IMG/VR virus record: IMGVR_UViG_3300027759_000001
Reading direction: 5' to 3' (one strand)
Source of the DNA: a virus
Lineage: Duplodnaviria > Caudoviricetes
DNA: 64,000 bases
Shown here: positions 47,450 to 57,929 of the stretch, piece by piece
How the letters are laid out: each line of letters begins with the position of its first letter
Numbering within the stretch: position 1 is the first letter of the stretch
Notes under the pieces: model-generated
Seen by the model: the letters and a program-made list of their open reading frames with translations, nothing else
What the model was told of the DNA's origin: nothing
Databases searched by the model: none
Translations under genes and position numbers: made by a program

Positions 47450-48119
47450 TCGCTTCTATTTTTTTAATCGTTAATTCCAAATCAGATAAAGAAGAAATTT
47501 CGTATTCTGATTTGATGTTTTTATTATAATCTGTAATAAATTTTATAATGATTTTATTATCAGGTTTATTTAATAGTAGGTCAGGATTGGCCGTAAGTAA
47601 AATATCTACCTCACCTAACATATCATTTTTTGTTATTTCACTATAGAAAAATACTTTTTCCACTAAACAACCAAATTTGGATAAGAAAAAAAGTGATGAT
47701 GGTTTAGATCTACCTATTTCATCAGAAACAATCATTAAGTCATAAGTATCTCTCAAGTTATAGTAAATATCGTTTAACAGGTTAAATGATAACATCTCTG
47801 TTGATGGTGCATGTCCAAATAACTCCATTGTATATTCTTCATACATAAATGAATATAAATCATCTTTAGATGGAAATGAAAAATGAGAACCTAAATCTAA
47901 TGATGTGACAGGACTTAAAACTTTATATTCAAAATTATTAATCTCTAAGTTTTCATTAAGTTCAATTACCTCATCTGTATCACCTGAAAATTCAATTTCA
48001 TATGTTTTATCCGTTGACTCATTAAAATGAGTATCAACTAAATGTTTTTCATATAATTCAGTAAATTTACTAATAGTGTCTCTTAAAACACCATTAATCT
48101 CAATCCCTATTTTCGTCAT
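47442..48119 (-). CDS. HAD-superfamily 5'(3')-nucleotidase-like protein with degenerate motif I
   Basis: KIGIEINGVLRD in place of DxDGVL. Confidence 0.55.
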   Translation of the reverse strand: MTKIGIEINGVLRDTISKFTELYEKHLVDTHFNESTDKTYEIEFSGDTDEVIELNENLEINNFEYKVLSPVTSLDLGSHFSFPSKDDLYSFMYEEYTMELFGHAPSTEMLSFNLLNDIYYNLRDTYDLMIVSDEIGRSKPSSLFFLSKFGCLVEKVFFYSEITKNDMLGEVDILLTANPDLLLNKPDNKIIIKFITDYNKNIKSEYEISSLSDLELTIKKIEANV

Positions 48120-48846
48120 CGTACTTAACTAATATTTCACTAATTAATGGGTTTCTAACATTTTTGGCATTTTTAAAGTCATATATGCCAATATCTGGTA
48201 TACCACTGAATCTTTGTAGTGCGTCGTAAAGTCCCGATTGTTTTTTATCTTTATAACGATCCGTTTGTTCTAAATCACCTGATATAAAGAATTTACTATT
48301 GTATCCAATTCTTGTTAATAATAATTTCATTTGATTAGGGGTAGCATTTTGACCTTCCTCAAAAATTAAAATTGAATTATCAATATTCATTCCTCTCATG
48401 TATGCTAACGCAAATACTTCAATTACTTCATACTCTTTTAATTTTTCTCTCGCTTCTTTACCAATTATTTTATTAAGTAAGTAATAAGATGGGAAAATAT
48501 AAGGGTCTAATTTTTCTTCTAAATTTCCTGGAAGAGATCCTAACTTTTCTTCAGCCTCAACTGCGGGTCTAACAATAATAATTTTTTCGTATGAATTGTT
48601 TGGGTCCATTAATAAATCTACCGCTGCTTTCATTGAAATATAACTTTTACCAACACCTGCCGGTCCTGAACAAATTGTAATTTGATTGTTAATCAAAATA
48701 TCATAATAGTCTTTTTGATTGTCGGATAAAAATTTACTTTTTTGTTTTCTTTTGATTACAGAGTTAATTAACTCTTTTCTTGAAATTTGTGGTTGAGTGG
48801 TTGACGTTGTATCGTCTTTTAAAGTTGGTTTTTTTCTAATAGCCAT
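48100..48846 (-). CDS. phoH: PhoH family ATPase
   Basis: GPAGVGKS, IIIVRPAVE, YMRGMNI, EEGQNAT, GDLEQTD. Confidence 0.93.
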   Translation of the reverse strand: MAIRKKPTLKDDTTSTTQPQISRKELINSVIKRKQKSKFLSDNQKDYYDILINNQITICSGPAGVGKSYISMKAAVDLLMDPNNSYEKIIIVRPAVEAEEKLGSLPGNLEEKLDPYIFPSYYLLNKIIGKEAREKLKEYEVIEVFALAYMRGMNIDNSILIFEEGQNATPNQMKLLLTRIGYNSKFFISGDLEQTDRYKDKKQSGLYDALQRFSGIPDIGIYDFKNAKNVRNPLISEILVKYDDENRD

Positions 48847-48896
48847 AAGTTTTTTATTTAAGTTAAATATAAAACCAACTTATAAATAATAAATAA

Positions 48897-49562
48897 TTAA
48901 TTATATTTTACGGTTTTAATAAAATACTTTTTGGTTGCCTCAGTTCTTTTTTTTCTTTGTTCTAAACTTGAGTGTAACGCTTCAGGACCCTCCTCCAAGT
49001 TGATTAATCCATTTAATATTAAAGATGGGACAATCTTGTAATTTGAATAGGAAGATATTTTTATATCTTCACAAGTAGGTTCATTATCTAATAAAACATT
49101 TTTTAAAATTTTACTATCCATGAACATAAATCTACCTTTAATAACATCAACTATGATATCGGTATCATCATAGGGTTTATTTATGTGTTTTGATTCCCAA
49201 TAATCTTTTTCCTTATTTAAAACGACACCCGAATAACCAATTATTGGGAATGTCCTATTTTTCCCTATAGTCTCATATGTCTTTAAACAATTTTCAATAA
49301 CATCTGTTTTATTAAACATTATATCATCATCTAATGTAAAAATAAAACCTTCATCAACCATTGACCCAACTAACCATCTTGGCCAACATTTAAAATTATT
49401 TGACGAATTAATTTGAACATCTACATCATAAGATGTCTTATCCTCAATATTATTATTCCATAACCATATATCAATATCAATTGATTGATCTCGGATGGAT
49501 TGAATCACTTTAACAATGTTTTCTTGTCGTTTCCAATTTAATAATAACGCAGTTACTTTCAT
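48897..49562 (-). CDS. GT-A glycosyltransferase (GT64/EXTL-like)
   Basis: LLLNWKR, PRW, FTLDDDI, EDI motifs. Confidence 0.65.
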   Translation of the reverse strand: MKVTALLLNWKRQENIVKVIQSIRDQSIDIDIWLWNNNIEDKTSYDVDVQINSSNNFKCWPRWLVGSMVDEGFIFTLDDDIMFNKTDVIENCLKTYETIGKNRTFPIIGYSGVVLNKEKDYWESKHINKPYDDTDIIVDVIKGRFMFMDSKILKNVLLDNEPTCEDIKISSYSNYKIVPSLILNGLINLEEGPEALHSSLEQRKKRTEATKKYFIKTVKYN

Positions 49563-49564
49563 TA

Positions 49565-50269
49565 TTAGTTACGTTCAAACCCCTCCTCAACGTGATTACA
49601 CGTCACACTGTTTATTAAAGTACTTTTTAAATTATTACTTAAAATATAGGATGCACATCTTTCCCATAATTCAGCATCGGCCGGTAAACCAACAACACCA
49701 GTTTCATCAAATAAATCTCTATATTTTAGAGGTATTGTTTTAAAGTTCATACATACCGATGAATGAATTAAAGATTCGGATTTAGGTAAGTGATTAATAT
49801 AAAGACCAGTACCATTAGTGTATGGTAAAATTACAGTATTAAGGTAATTTGATTTAGTACAAATCCAATCTGAATTAGTTTCTTCAATGCATTTATTAAT
49901 TAATTCCAAGTGATTATTTTCCCATTCATCGTCATGGTCTAAACGACAAATATAATGGTTACCTTCAGACATAGACAGATCAACACCATGATTTGTTGCG
50001 TTAACTCCACCATAAGACCATAAAGCCCACTTATTGATATAAAAATCTCGTTCTTTAGCAACATCTAAATTAACAAACAATATTTTACTTTGATCGTAAT
50101 TTGATATTAATGTCTCAACCTCATTAGGGTGTTCATATCTATCGCCAATTAAGTAAATTTTAAAATCCTGATGGGTTTGATTAAATAAGGAATCTAAAGC
50201 TTTTTTTAGATGTGCTAATGTAGATCCATCTGACCTATAATATGTTGGAGTAACTATTGATAATTTCAT
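49565..50269 (-). CDS. GT2 family glycosyltransferase
   Basis: SIVTPTY, YICRLDHDDEW, HSSV, PADAELW. Confidence 0.85.
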   Translation of the reverse strand: MKLSIVTPTYYRSDGSTLAHLKKALDSLFNQTHQDFKIYLIGDRYEHPNEVETLISNYDQSKILFVNLDVAKERDFYINKWALWSYGGVNATNHGVDLSMSEGNHYICRLDHDDEWENNHLELINKCIEETNSDWICTKSNYLNTVILPYTNGTGLYINHLPKSESLIHSSVCMNFKTIPLKYRDLFDETGVVGLPADAELWERCASYILSNNLKSTLINSVTCNHVEEGFERN

Positions 50270-50883
50270 TTTTTTCTAATTATAAAACAATTACCATCTA
50301 ACATAGATTCTGGATCGGCCTTAAATAAATTGGGTAATGTTCCTATTATTTCATAACCATCAAGTGTAGATATAATGTGATCCACCATAGGTCTTACTTC
50401 AGGACTAAATTCATAATCATTATAATCGTCAAAAACAATATAACCACCATTTTTAACCATTGGTGAGTATAACTCAAAATCATTCTTCACTCCATTTGAT
50501 GAGTGATCACCATCTATAAATAAAACATCAATATCATCAATAAATGTTTTAAGTTTTTCTAGTGTTTCTATTTTCTGAGAATTACCTTGAATATATTCGT
50601 AATGATTATTAAAGATATTAAATTTTTCTATATTTTTAATTGGGACTTCAGGTGATATAGGGGTTCCTAAATCTATACAAAAAACATTAGTATTTTTTCT
50701 TTGACAGATTAACGATGCCGATCCGCCAGCATAACACCCAATCTCCACATAATTAATATTGTAATCATCAGGATACGTTTTAATTATGTCATATAAAATA
50801 TGATAATGATGGTGAAAAGTTTTTCCATACATTTCATTTGATATTCTTCTTGTAATATCTAAAGATTCTTCCGTGTGAGTCAT
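50266..50883 (-). CDS. Class I SAM-dependent methyltransferase (Methyltransf_24-like)
   Basis: VEIGCYAGGS, LFIDGDHS, GGYIVFDDY. Confidence 0.88.
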   Translation of the reverse strand: MTHTEESLDITRRISNEMYGKTFHHHYHILYDIIKTYPDDYNINYVEIGCYAGGSASLICQRKNTNVFCIDLGTPISPEVPIKNIEKFNIFNNHYEYIQGNSQKIETLEKLKTFIDDIDVLFIDGDHSSNGVKNDFELYSPMVKNGGYIVFDDYNDYEFSPEVRPMVDHIISTLDGYEIIGTLPNLFKADPESMLDGNCFIIRKK

Positions 50884-50901
50884 ATTAATTTATATTTTTT
50901 T

Positions 50902-51687
50902 TTAATCTTGTTCTTTTTTATAAAATCTTTTATTTTCAGGTTGGTACCATTCATCCAAAGATGCGGGTACCCTTGAGTGATACCCTAATAATTGTTGTAA
51001 TTCAAAACTAAACTCATCAATCCTGTCGTAACCAATTGCTCTTGGGTAATCTAACAATTGTTTCATGAACGATTTACTTACGGTTATTGGAATTGCTCTT
51101 CTATGGTCTTGTGTTATATTGGGTGCCGATGAATGCCAAACATTGGCGTTAAAAACTATCATATCACCCTTTTTACCAACGGCTTGTATTGCGTTTTGAA
51201 AAAATTCTTCGTCACTTGGTTTTTTTTTATCTAAATGAGAATAAGGTAATAGATATGTTGCACCATTTTCAATTGTAAAATCATCCACCATTAATAAACA
51301 ATTTAACATAATTGGGAAATCACCAGAATAAAATCTTAAATCTCTGTGAACAATTGCCGAGAAATTTGGTTGATTTGGTAGATTATCTAATCCACTAAAT
51401 GAATTAATAATACACTTACCATTAAAAAAAGATTCCGAAAGGAACTCAAAGAATTTTTTATTTTGGATATCTTCCAAGAAATTAATGAATATTGGATTAC
51501 TTAATAACGCATGAAGCGCAACTCCATTAGTTTGAATATCATTATGGTTATTTAATTGAGTTTTTCTATGCTCAATAAATGCTTTGTCCAAAGCATCCCT
51601 TAACAAATCTAACCAATTTTCATCAACTAAATTTCGGATAATTGTATACCCTTGTTCTTTTAACTCTATAATATTTTCTTTTTTCAT
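50902..51687 (-). CDS. PhyH-family Fe(II)/2-oxoglutarate dioxygenase
   Basis: GYTII, VHRD, NGAT..PYSH, GDMIVF..VWHSSAPN...R. Confidence 0.85.
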   Translation of the reverse strand: MKKENIIELKEQGYTIIRNLVDENWLDLLRDALDKAFIEHRKTQLNNHNDIQTNGVALHALLSNPIFINFLEDIQNKKFFEFLSESFFNGKCIINSFSGLDNLPNQPNFSAIVHRDLRFYSGDFPIMLNCLLMVDDFTIENGATYLLPYSHLDKKKPSDEEFFQNAIQAVGKKGDMIVFNANVWHSSAPNITQDHRRAIPITVSKSFMKQLLDYPRAIGYDRIDEFSFELQQLLGYHSRVPASLDEWYQPENKRFYKKEQD

Positions 51688-52349
51688 TTTAAAAATTTTT
51701 CACCTGTAATTCTATTTCTAATTATTTTTGCAGGATTACCATAAACCAAAACATTATCAGGTAATGATTTAATAACTAAACTTCCCGCACCAACTACAGT
51801 GTTTTCCCCAATTTCTATTCTATCTAATACTGTCACACCTAAAGTTAATGCCGAATATTTACCTAACTTAACATAACCTCCAGTAATGGAACCTGCGGAT
51901 ATACTGGCAAAATCAGAAATAACACAATCATGTTCTACTTGAGCTCCTGTTGCAAAAAATGTAAAATCTCCTATTACTGATTTGGGGTTGAATATACACC
52001 CCGCCATTGCAACTATACCTCTCCCTAATGTTACATTATTACCTATTACAACTGATGGATGAATGGCGTTTACAAACTTAAAATCAGGCACTAAAGACGA
52101 TATTTGAAGAGATACATTAGATCTTCCCCAATTGTCACCTATAGAAATCACCCCACCATATAGTTCATATTCTTTAACTAATTCAGATAAATTTTCTTGT
52201 CTACCAATTATTTTATATCCAAACCTATCAGAACCAATATCATGTAAAGAATCAATAATACCTACAATATTGTATTTACCTTCTTTTTCAATAATATCAA
52301 TAGTGTAATGAGCTTGATTTCCCCCACCAATTAAAACTATATTTTTCAT
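51684..52349 (-). CDS. NeuD/PglD-family sugar acetyltransferase
   Basis: LIGGGNQA, IHPS, EHDC, hexapeptide repeats, VYGNPAK. Confidence 0.9.
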   Translation of the reverse strand: MKNIVLIGGGNQAHYTIDIIEKEGKYNIVGIIDSLHDIGSDRFGYKIIGRQENLSELVKEYELYGGVISIGDNWGRSNVSLQISSLVPDFKFVNAIHPSVVIGNNVTLGRGIVAMAGCIFNPKSVIGDFTFFATGAQVEHDCVISDFASISAGSITGGYVKLGKYSALTLGVTVLDRIEIGENTVVGAGSLVIKSLPDNVLVYGNPAKIIRNRITGEKFLK

Positions 52350-52990
52350 TGATTATAAATTTTAAATTTTGATAGATCAGGGTATGGTAACTCTAAATCT
52401 TGATTATGTTTTTTATTTCCCTTTAAATCATAGAATTGGGACATCATCAACAATCCTCTTGCGGATAATTCTGGCATCATATAAAAGTTCCAACCTATCA
52501 TATCAAAATTATCGTCATGATATGAACATTCTCTTCTACCACTAAATCTTGCTCTTTTAAACCATAACATCGCCTTATGGTCATCAGTTAAAATTGCACC
52601 TCCCTTACTAAGTTTTAATGTTTTATATGGTCCTGTAAATGAAAGACACATATGGGACTTTGGGATATACATATCGGCAGTAAATCTCAAAGCCGAATCC
52701 CAAACATTACTTGGGGATAACTGATATGCTCCTTTAATTGTTTCACCCTCAACAGGTGTAAAATTAACTTTTAATCCTGAATGAATAATTTCACACGGAA
52801 CTGATGGGTATGTCTTTGATGGACAATCTACCTTATCTGATGTTAAACTTTTTTTTATGTTTTTTTCATAATATAACGCTAAAAATATTGCGTTACTCAT
52901 GTTGTCTAATGCAATTGCATATGGTGCTCCTGTGTAATCACATAGTGATTTCTCAAAGTCTTCAGTTATTTTATGTACTCCTTGTGCCAT
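52346..52990 (-). CDS. DegT/DnrJ/StrS-family aminotransferase, short form
   Basis: FEKSLCDYTGAPYAIA, WDSA, SFTGPYKTL..GGAILTDD, GWNFYM; only 214 aa. Confidence 0.75.
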   Translation of the reverse strand: MAQGVHKITEDFEKSLCDYTGAPYAIALDNMSNAIFLALYYEKNIKKSLTSDKVDCPSKTYPSVPCEIIHSGLKVNFTPVEGETIKGAYQLSPSNVWDSALRFTADMYIPKSHMCLSFTGPYKTLKLSKGGAILTDDHKAMLWFKRARFSGRRECSYHDDNFDMIGWNFYMMPELSARGLLMMSQFYDLKGNKKHNQDLELPYPDLSKFKIYNQ

Positions 52991-52991
52991 A

Positions 52992-54503
52992 TTATATAAT
53001 TATAATGTTATTTTTTATTTTGTCTATATTATTTTTAATAGATGGAAGTAGATTATTGTGGTAATCGTAATTTAATTTTACCAAATTTTTTGGATCATCA
53101 TTTCTTGTTTGGGATTCATAATGATACGATACACATTCACTACATATATAGTTTTTAAAACCTGAGGATAAAAGATTCATATTAACTTCAACATCTTCAA
53201 AACAAGAAACATAATTTTCATTAAACATTCCATATTTTTCAAAAGTGTATTTTCTAACCATCATTAGACCACCCGTGTTACCAAAAACTTCTTTTGTTGA
53301 GTTAGAATAATTGTAATAGTTTTTTAAATTTAAATGTGTTACGCCAATTCTATTATCTATTTTATTAATGTACATTAAGATTCCATCATGTTGTATTGTG
53401 TTATCCTCAAAATGAAGTCTAGCTCCAACGGTACCTGTCATCCTATTTTTTTCAAATACTGACAACATTCCAGTAATAACGTCATTTATTATTTTTATAT
53501 CGTTATTAGAGAATAATAAAAATTCATATTCATCTTTAGGTAAGTTTTTTACAACATCATTATTAATCTTTGCAAAATTATAGTAATCATACTCAATTAA
53601 TTTAACATTCCCAAAAGGTAATATATTATCCTTAATCCAATTTTTTTCTTCTTCAGTTGACCCTGTGTCCGCAATGTAGACATCAAAAATTTTATAATCA
53701 CAATGATCGTAAAATGATTTAACACATTCGTATAACATTTCAACTTTACCTTTAGTTGGTATTATAATTGCAATCTTACCAAATTTTTTAAATTCTTTTC
53801 TTTTTATATCGGGAGCGTAAATAAACGAAGGTTTTAAATCTAAAGGTAACATACTACCCCATTTTTCTACAAATTTTTCTTTACTCTCCCAAAATTCCTG
53901 ATTTGGTTTTCCTATGGATTGGTGAGTTATTTCAAAGGATGAGGTAACTCCAATTTTAATCCCATCTAAATAATTTGGAATACAGAATAAATGATCGTAA
54001 AAGTGAAATTTACCAATTGTTTCATCAAACCTATGTTTAATTTTTGTTTTATCAAATGACATGAATAAACCATCAATTGTAACAACAGGAATTAAAAATG
54101 GTAATTTAGGTGAATATTTGTTTAACCATTTTTTTTGACCATCAGGATGGTGATAAACTTGACCAACCATTGTTTGAGTCATTCTATCCCAATAAACTCC
54201 TGACTCAGGAAAATAACAAGATCCGGCTTTTCCAATTATACCGAATTCGGGGTTATTAGAATAATCTTCTAATAATTTTTTACCCCAATTCTTTTCAAGT
54301 TTAATATCATTGTGACAACATACCACAATATCATAGGTTGATTGCGTGACACCACTATTATAAACTTGGGATAATGAATATTGGTTATGATTAACAAATT
54401 CTAAAATCTGTACATCGTTTAATCCTACCGTTTGTAACAAATGTTGTTTAAATTTGTTATTATATTCTTGATCCTTATGTGTTGAGTATATAATTGTTAT
54501 CAT
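52992..54503 (-). CDS. Two-domain glycosyltransferase (GT-A + GT2)
   Basis: N-domain CHNDI..VTIDGLF..FHFYD; C-domain IIIPTK..NNDI..FEDVE. Confidence 0.85.
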   Translation of the reverse strand: MITIIYSTHKDQEYNNKFKQHLLQTVGLNDVQILEFVNHNQYSLSQVYNSGVTQSTYDIVVCCHNDIKLEKNWGKKLLEDYSNNPEFGIIGKAGSCYFPESGVYWDRMTQTMVGQVYHHPDGQKKWLNKYSPKLPFLIPVVTIDGLFMSFDKTKIKHRFDETIGKFHFYDHLFCIPNYLDGIKIGVTSSFEITHQSIGKPNQEFWESKEKFVEKWGSMLPLDLKPSFIYAPDIKRKEFKKFGKIAIIIPTKGKVEMLYECVKSFYDHCDYKIFDVYIADTGSTEEEKNWIKDNILPFGNVKLIEYDYYNFAKINNDVVKNLPKDEYEFLLFSNNDIKIINDVITGMLSVFEKNRMTGTVGARLHFEDNTIQHDGILMYINKIDNRIGVTHLNLKNYYNYSNSTKEVFGNTGGLMMVRKYTFEKYGMFNENYVSCFEDVEVNMNLLSSGFKNYICSECVSYHYESQTRNDDPKNLVKLNYDYHNNLLPSIKNNIDKIKNNIIII

Positions 54504-54509
54504 ATTTTT

Positions 54510-55355
54510 TTAATCTATTTTATTTATTATCCAATTTTCGGGGTAATAGTGTGGACAATGAAATAAGTCATAACAATTACCGGCAAGGTTTTTCCCCGAA
54601 TGAATTACTTTTCCATTATTAAAGTTTTTAACATACCACATTTGCCACCAACTAAACGTTGAGCTTCCCCCAATAAAATTATCACATAGGGTACCTAAAA
54701 TAAATTGATCCATTGGGTCATTTAAATATTCATTAGAATGTTGTATGTAGGTATTATTTGATTCGGCAAATAAAAAGTTTTTATTTATATAATAATTTTT
54801 ACACCACTCAATGTCATCTGAAAAAATTATAACATTATAATCCAAATAATTTGGAAATTCTTTTTTTAACGTATCTTCATACCAAGTTTCAGGTATTTGG
54901 TAAAAACAGTTGTGACCTACAAAATCACCTCTTCTAACACCAATCCCAATTGTCGGTTTTGTAAAAAAATCTTTGTATCGGGTTTTTACCTCTTTAATTT
55001 TTTCTTCTTTTATTTCTAAAATATTTTTTATATAATTGACATCATCAATAAACCATTTTTCTGATTGTAATCCAGGATATCCTAATATATTAATTATTTT
55101 GTCATTATTTAATTTAAAAAACTCAATAAAATTTTTTTTTTCATCATCACTATATTTTCTGTTTAGAAATGAATACTCAATATCGTAATTCTGGTTTTCA
55201 GTCACATTAGGTAAATTTTTTAAATAATCCCATAGAAAATATTCAGGAAGTACAATCTTATTATTAGAATGTTTTGCTAAGTAATTTAATCCTGTAAAAA
55301 GAAATAACCAATTACCTAATCTTAAGTGGTTACCCCAACCATTGCATTTTATCAT
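54510..55355 (-). CDS. Alpha-1,2-fucosyltransferase-like (GT11)
   Basis: RLGNWLF, IGVRRGDF, FSDDIEWC, SSTFSWW. Confidence 0.85.
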   Translation of the reverse strand: MIKCNGWGNHLRLGNWLFLFTGLNYLAKHSNNKIVLPEYFLWDYLKNLPNVTENQNYDIEYSFLNRKYSDDEKKNFIEFFKLNNDKIINILGYPGLQSEKWFIDDVNYIKNILEIKEEKIKEVKTRYKDFFTKPTIGIGVRRGDFVGHNCFYQIPETWYEDTLKKEFPNYLDYNVIIFSDDIEWCKNYYINKNFLFAESNNTYIQHSNEYLNDPMDQFILGTLCDNFIGGSSTFSWWQMWYVKNFNNGKVIHSGKNLAGNCYDLFHCPHYYPENWIINKID

Positions 55356-56188
55356 ATTAAAAAATTTTCATTGTAGTATTTTTTTGCATTTTCTTCTGAT
55401 TTTACATAATGATGTTCACTATGAACGGTTTGATATCCACTACTTAATTCAGACCAATATGAGTGGATGTATTTTTCATTATAGTTTACAAACTTATAAC
55501 CTTTTAAATGTAAACTTCTAAACCATGCAACTCCCGAATCGGGACCAAAAACACCAAAAAAAGGAGTATCTCCATTTGGATATGTTTCTTTATTAGACAT
55601 TTTTATGTTTATTAAACATGCCCATTCATTTAATCTACATTCAGGTAAAGGTTTTGGGTTAATTTTATCTACATTAGTAATATCGGTTCTAACATATGGT
55701 AATCCTAAAGAAATAACTTCCTCGTATGTTGGGTTCCATTCGTAAAATTTTTCACCACTACATAAGTTTGCTTTATGTGCTGGACAATTCCAACACTGAC
55801 CAATTCGGCCTATACCAATAGAATCATTTATTTTATTTAACATATCACCAATGACATCTCCTGTATATAAAACATCATTATGGGTAACAAATAAAAATTC
55901 TTTATTACTAGTTTCAAAACTATATTGATGAGGACAATTAAATCTTTCGTTTTGGTTAGTTATGTCTTTTATTGTATACATTAAAATAGATTTTTCTGGT
56001 TGATAAACTATTAAATTATCAAAATAACCCATTATCCAATCAACATTATCGTTAAAAGGATGTGTTGGTTCTTTTATAAAAAATATTTTATCAATGTGTT
56101 CTCCCGAATGACTCATTAAACTTTTTAATGTACATAAAGTTTGCCATGGTTTACCATAAGCGTGTACTATAACATCTACTTTTTTCAT
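55352..56188 (-). CDS. Putative glycosyltransferase-like hypothetical protein
   Basis: FVTHNDV, RLNEW motifs; located within the GT cluster. Confidence 0.5.
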   Translation of the reverse strand: MKKVDVIVHAYGKPWQTLCTLKSLMSHSGEHIDKIFFIKEPTHPFNDNVDWIMGYFDNLIVYQPEKSILMYTIKDITNQNERFNCPHQYSFETSNKEFLFVTHNDVLYTGDVIGDMLNKINDSIGIGRIGQCWNCPAHKANLCSGEKFYEWNPTYEEVISLGLPYVRTDITNVDKINPKPLPECRLNEWACLINIKMSNKETYPNGDTPFFGVFGPDSGVAWFRSLHLKGYKFVNYNEKYIHSYWSELSSGYQTVHSEHHYVKSEENAKKYYNENFLI

Positions 56189-56194
56189 ATTCTT

Positions 56195-56776
56195 TTATAT
56201 TCCAGTACTACCAAACCCATTATCGGATCTGTCTTTATTTTTTATTGTATCAACTTTAATTAAGTCTAACCATTTTCCACATACTACAGGACATACAACG
56301 GCCTGAGCAATTTTTTGACCTTCTTTTACTTCAACAGAACTATTTGTTGTGTTAAATAATATTACTTTAATTTCACCTGTATATCCTTGATCTACAGTTC
56401 CTGGTGAGTTTAACACCATTAAACCTTGATTAATGGCTAATCCACTCTTTGATCTAATCTGAATTTCATAATTTTCGGGAACATCAAAATGAACTCCTGT
56501 TGGAACTAATATTCTACCAAATGGTTCAATAGTTAATGATTCCATTGAATATAAATCCATACCTGAATCAGTTGGATACGCAAAATTAGGATCGTATTTT
56601 TTTGATGAAAATTCTAATTTCATTGTTGGTTGGTAATCTTCCATTTCTTTTTCAAGTTCAAAAAGATCCAACCCATGTTTATCTATAATTTCATCATAAT
56701 TCATTTCATTCATGTCATCACCAAACATTGAATCTAATTCTTCTAATTGTTTTATTAATTTTGTAACGTCATCCAT
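56195..56776 (-). CDS. dut: Trimeric dUTPase
   Basis: SGMDL, RSKSGLA, GTVDQGYTGEI, RSDNGFGSTG. Confidence 0.93.
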   Translation of the reverse strand: MDDVTKLIKQLEELDSMFGDDMNEMNYDEIIDKHGLDLFELEKEMEDYQPTMKLEFSSKKYDPNFAYPTDSGMDLYSMESLTIEPFGRILVPTGVHFDVPENYEIQIRSKSGLAINQGLMVLNSPGTVDQGYTGEIKVILFNTTNSSVEVKEGQKIAQAVVCPVVCGKWLDLIKVDTIKNKDRSDNGFGSTGI

Positions 56777-57477
56777 TATTTTAATTCTTTTAATTTAATT
56801 ATTGCATCAATTAGTACCTCAACATCTCTCTCACAGTACTCACCAATTTCTTTTAACATACCTTTGTTCCAATAACAATCATGGACTTTGTCTCCTGTTA
56901 CGTCACCACCCTTTGGTGTTGGGATATCTAAACAAGAACACATCAAGTCTAATGATCCAATTGCGGTATACGCTCCGTATTGCCACACATCCTTTGTATC
57001 AATTGCTTTAACTTCCCAAGGTTTTGTGTCGTATGATGGTAAAATTGAAGATGGTTTTAATCCATTGATGATCATTCTTTTTGCAATCATTGGAATATCA
57101 AAGTTTTTTAAATTGTGACCACATAAATAAAAATCCAATTTACCACAACGATTTAACAACGTTTGTAAATCTTTTAATAATTTACCTTCATTATCACTTG
57201 AGAATGTTTGTTTTTTAACTTCATTGTTATCCATAACAAATGCAACACTTACACAAACTATTTTTGCAAATTCAGGAACCAATGCAGTTCTTTTTGCAAA
57301 AATTTCATCCAAAGATAATTGGGCGTCTTCAGGGAATCTTTTTTGAAACCAATCAATGTATTTAACAAATTGTTCAGCAACTCTTGGGTATTCTTTTACA
57401 CAAGTTTGATAATCTTTTGTTATTCCTACTGTTTCAATGTCAAGGAATAAAATTTTTGTAATTGGGATATTAATCAT
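56776..57477 (-). CDS. Stand-alone PolB-type 3'-5' exonuclease
   Basis: FLDIETV, GHNLKNFDIP, YCERDV. Confidence 0.88.
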   Translation of the reverse strand: MINIPITKILFLDIETVGITKDYQTCVKEYPRVAEQFVKYIDWFQKRFPEDAQLSLDEIFAKRTALVPEFAKIVCVSVAFVMDNNEVKKQTFSSDNEGKLLKDLQTLLNRCGKLDFYLCGHNLKNFDIPMIAKRMIINGLKPSSILPSYDTKPWEVKAIDTKDVWQYGAYTAIGSLDLMCSCLDIPTPKGGDVTGDKVHDCYWNKGMLKEIGEYCERDVEVLIDAIIKLKELK

Positions 57478-57928
57478 TTGATTCTAAATTTTTTATTAAA
57501 TCTGGATTTTGTTTTAAAGTTTGTATTGTAATAAGGTCTTTTATTTTGGTTGTTGACCAATTATGAGATCTAGTTGTGTAAATAACCTCAATAGGTAGGT
57601 GATCACCCGTAAATCGTTTACCGATGTAATCATCACCTAAAATTCTTACATCAGGTTTGTAAAATTCAATTAACTTAATAAGATCTTCTTCAGTTTGATA
57701 TGTAACAACCTCATCAACGTATTTTATTGACATCAAAGTTTTATACCTTTCATACAAAGGTACAACTGGTTTATATTTAGTGAATCTTGTTTCAGATGGA
57801 TCTCTTTGTAAGAATACCATAAAATAATCGCAATTTTCTTTTGCGGTTTCAAATGTGTATATGTAACCTGGATGTAACAAATCAAAGTTACCTGCCGTAA
57901 AACCTATTATTCCTTTTTTATTGTTCAT
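57470..57928 (-). CDS. TagD-like cytidylyltransferase
   Basis: AGNFDLLHPGY, ERY..L..IKYVDEV, LGDDY, WSTTKI. Confidence 0.88.
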   Translation of the reverse strand: MNNKKGIIGFTAGNFDLLHPGYIYTFETAKENCDYFMVFLQRDPSETRFTKYKPVVPLYERYKTLMSIKYVDEVVTYQTEEDLIKLIEFYKPDVRILGDDYIGKRFTGDHLPIEVIYTTRSHNWSTTKIKDLITIQTLKQNPDLIKNLESND

Positions 57929-57929
57929 G

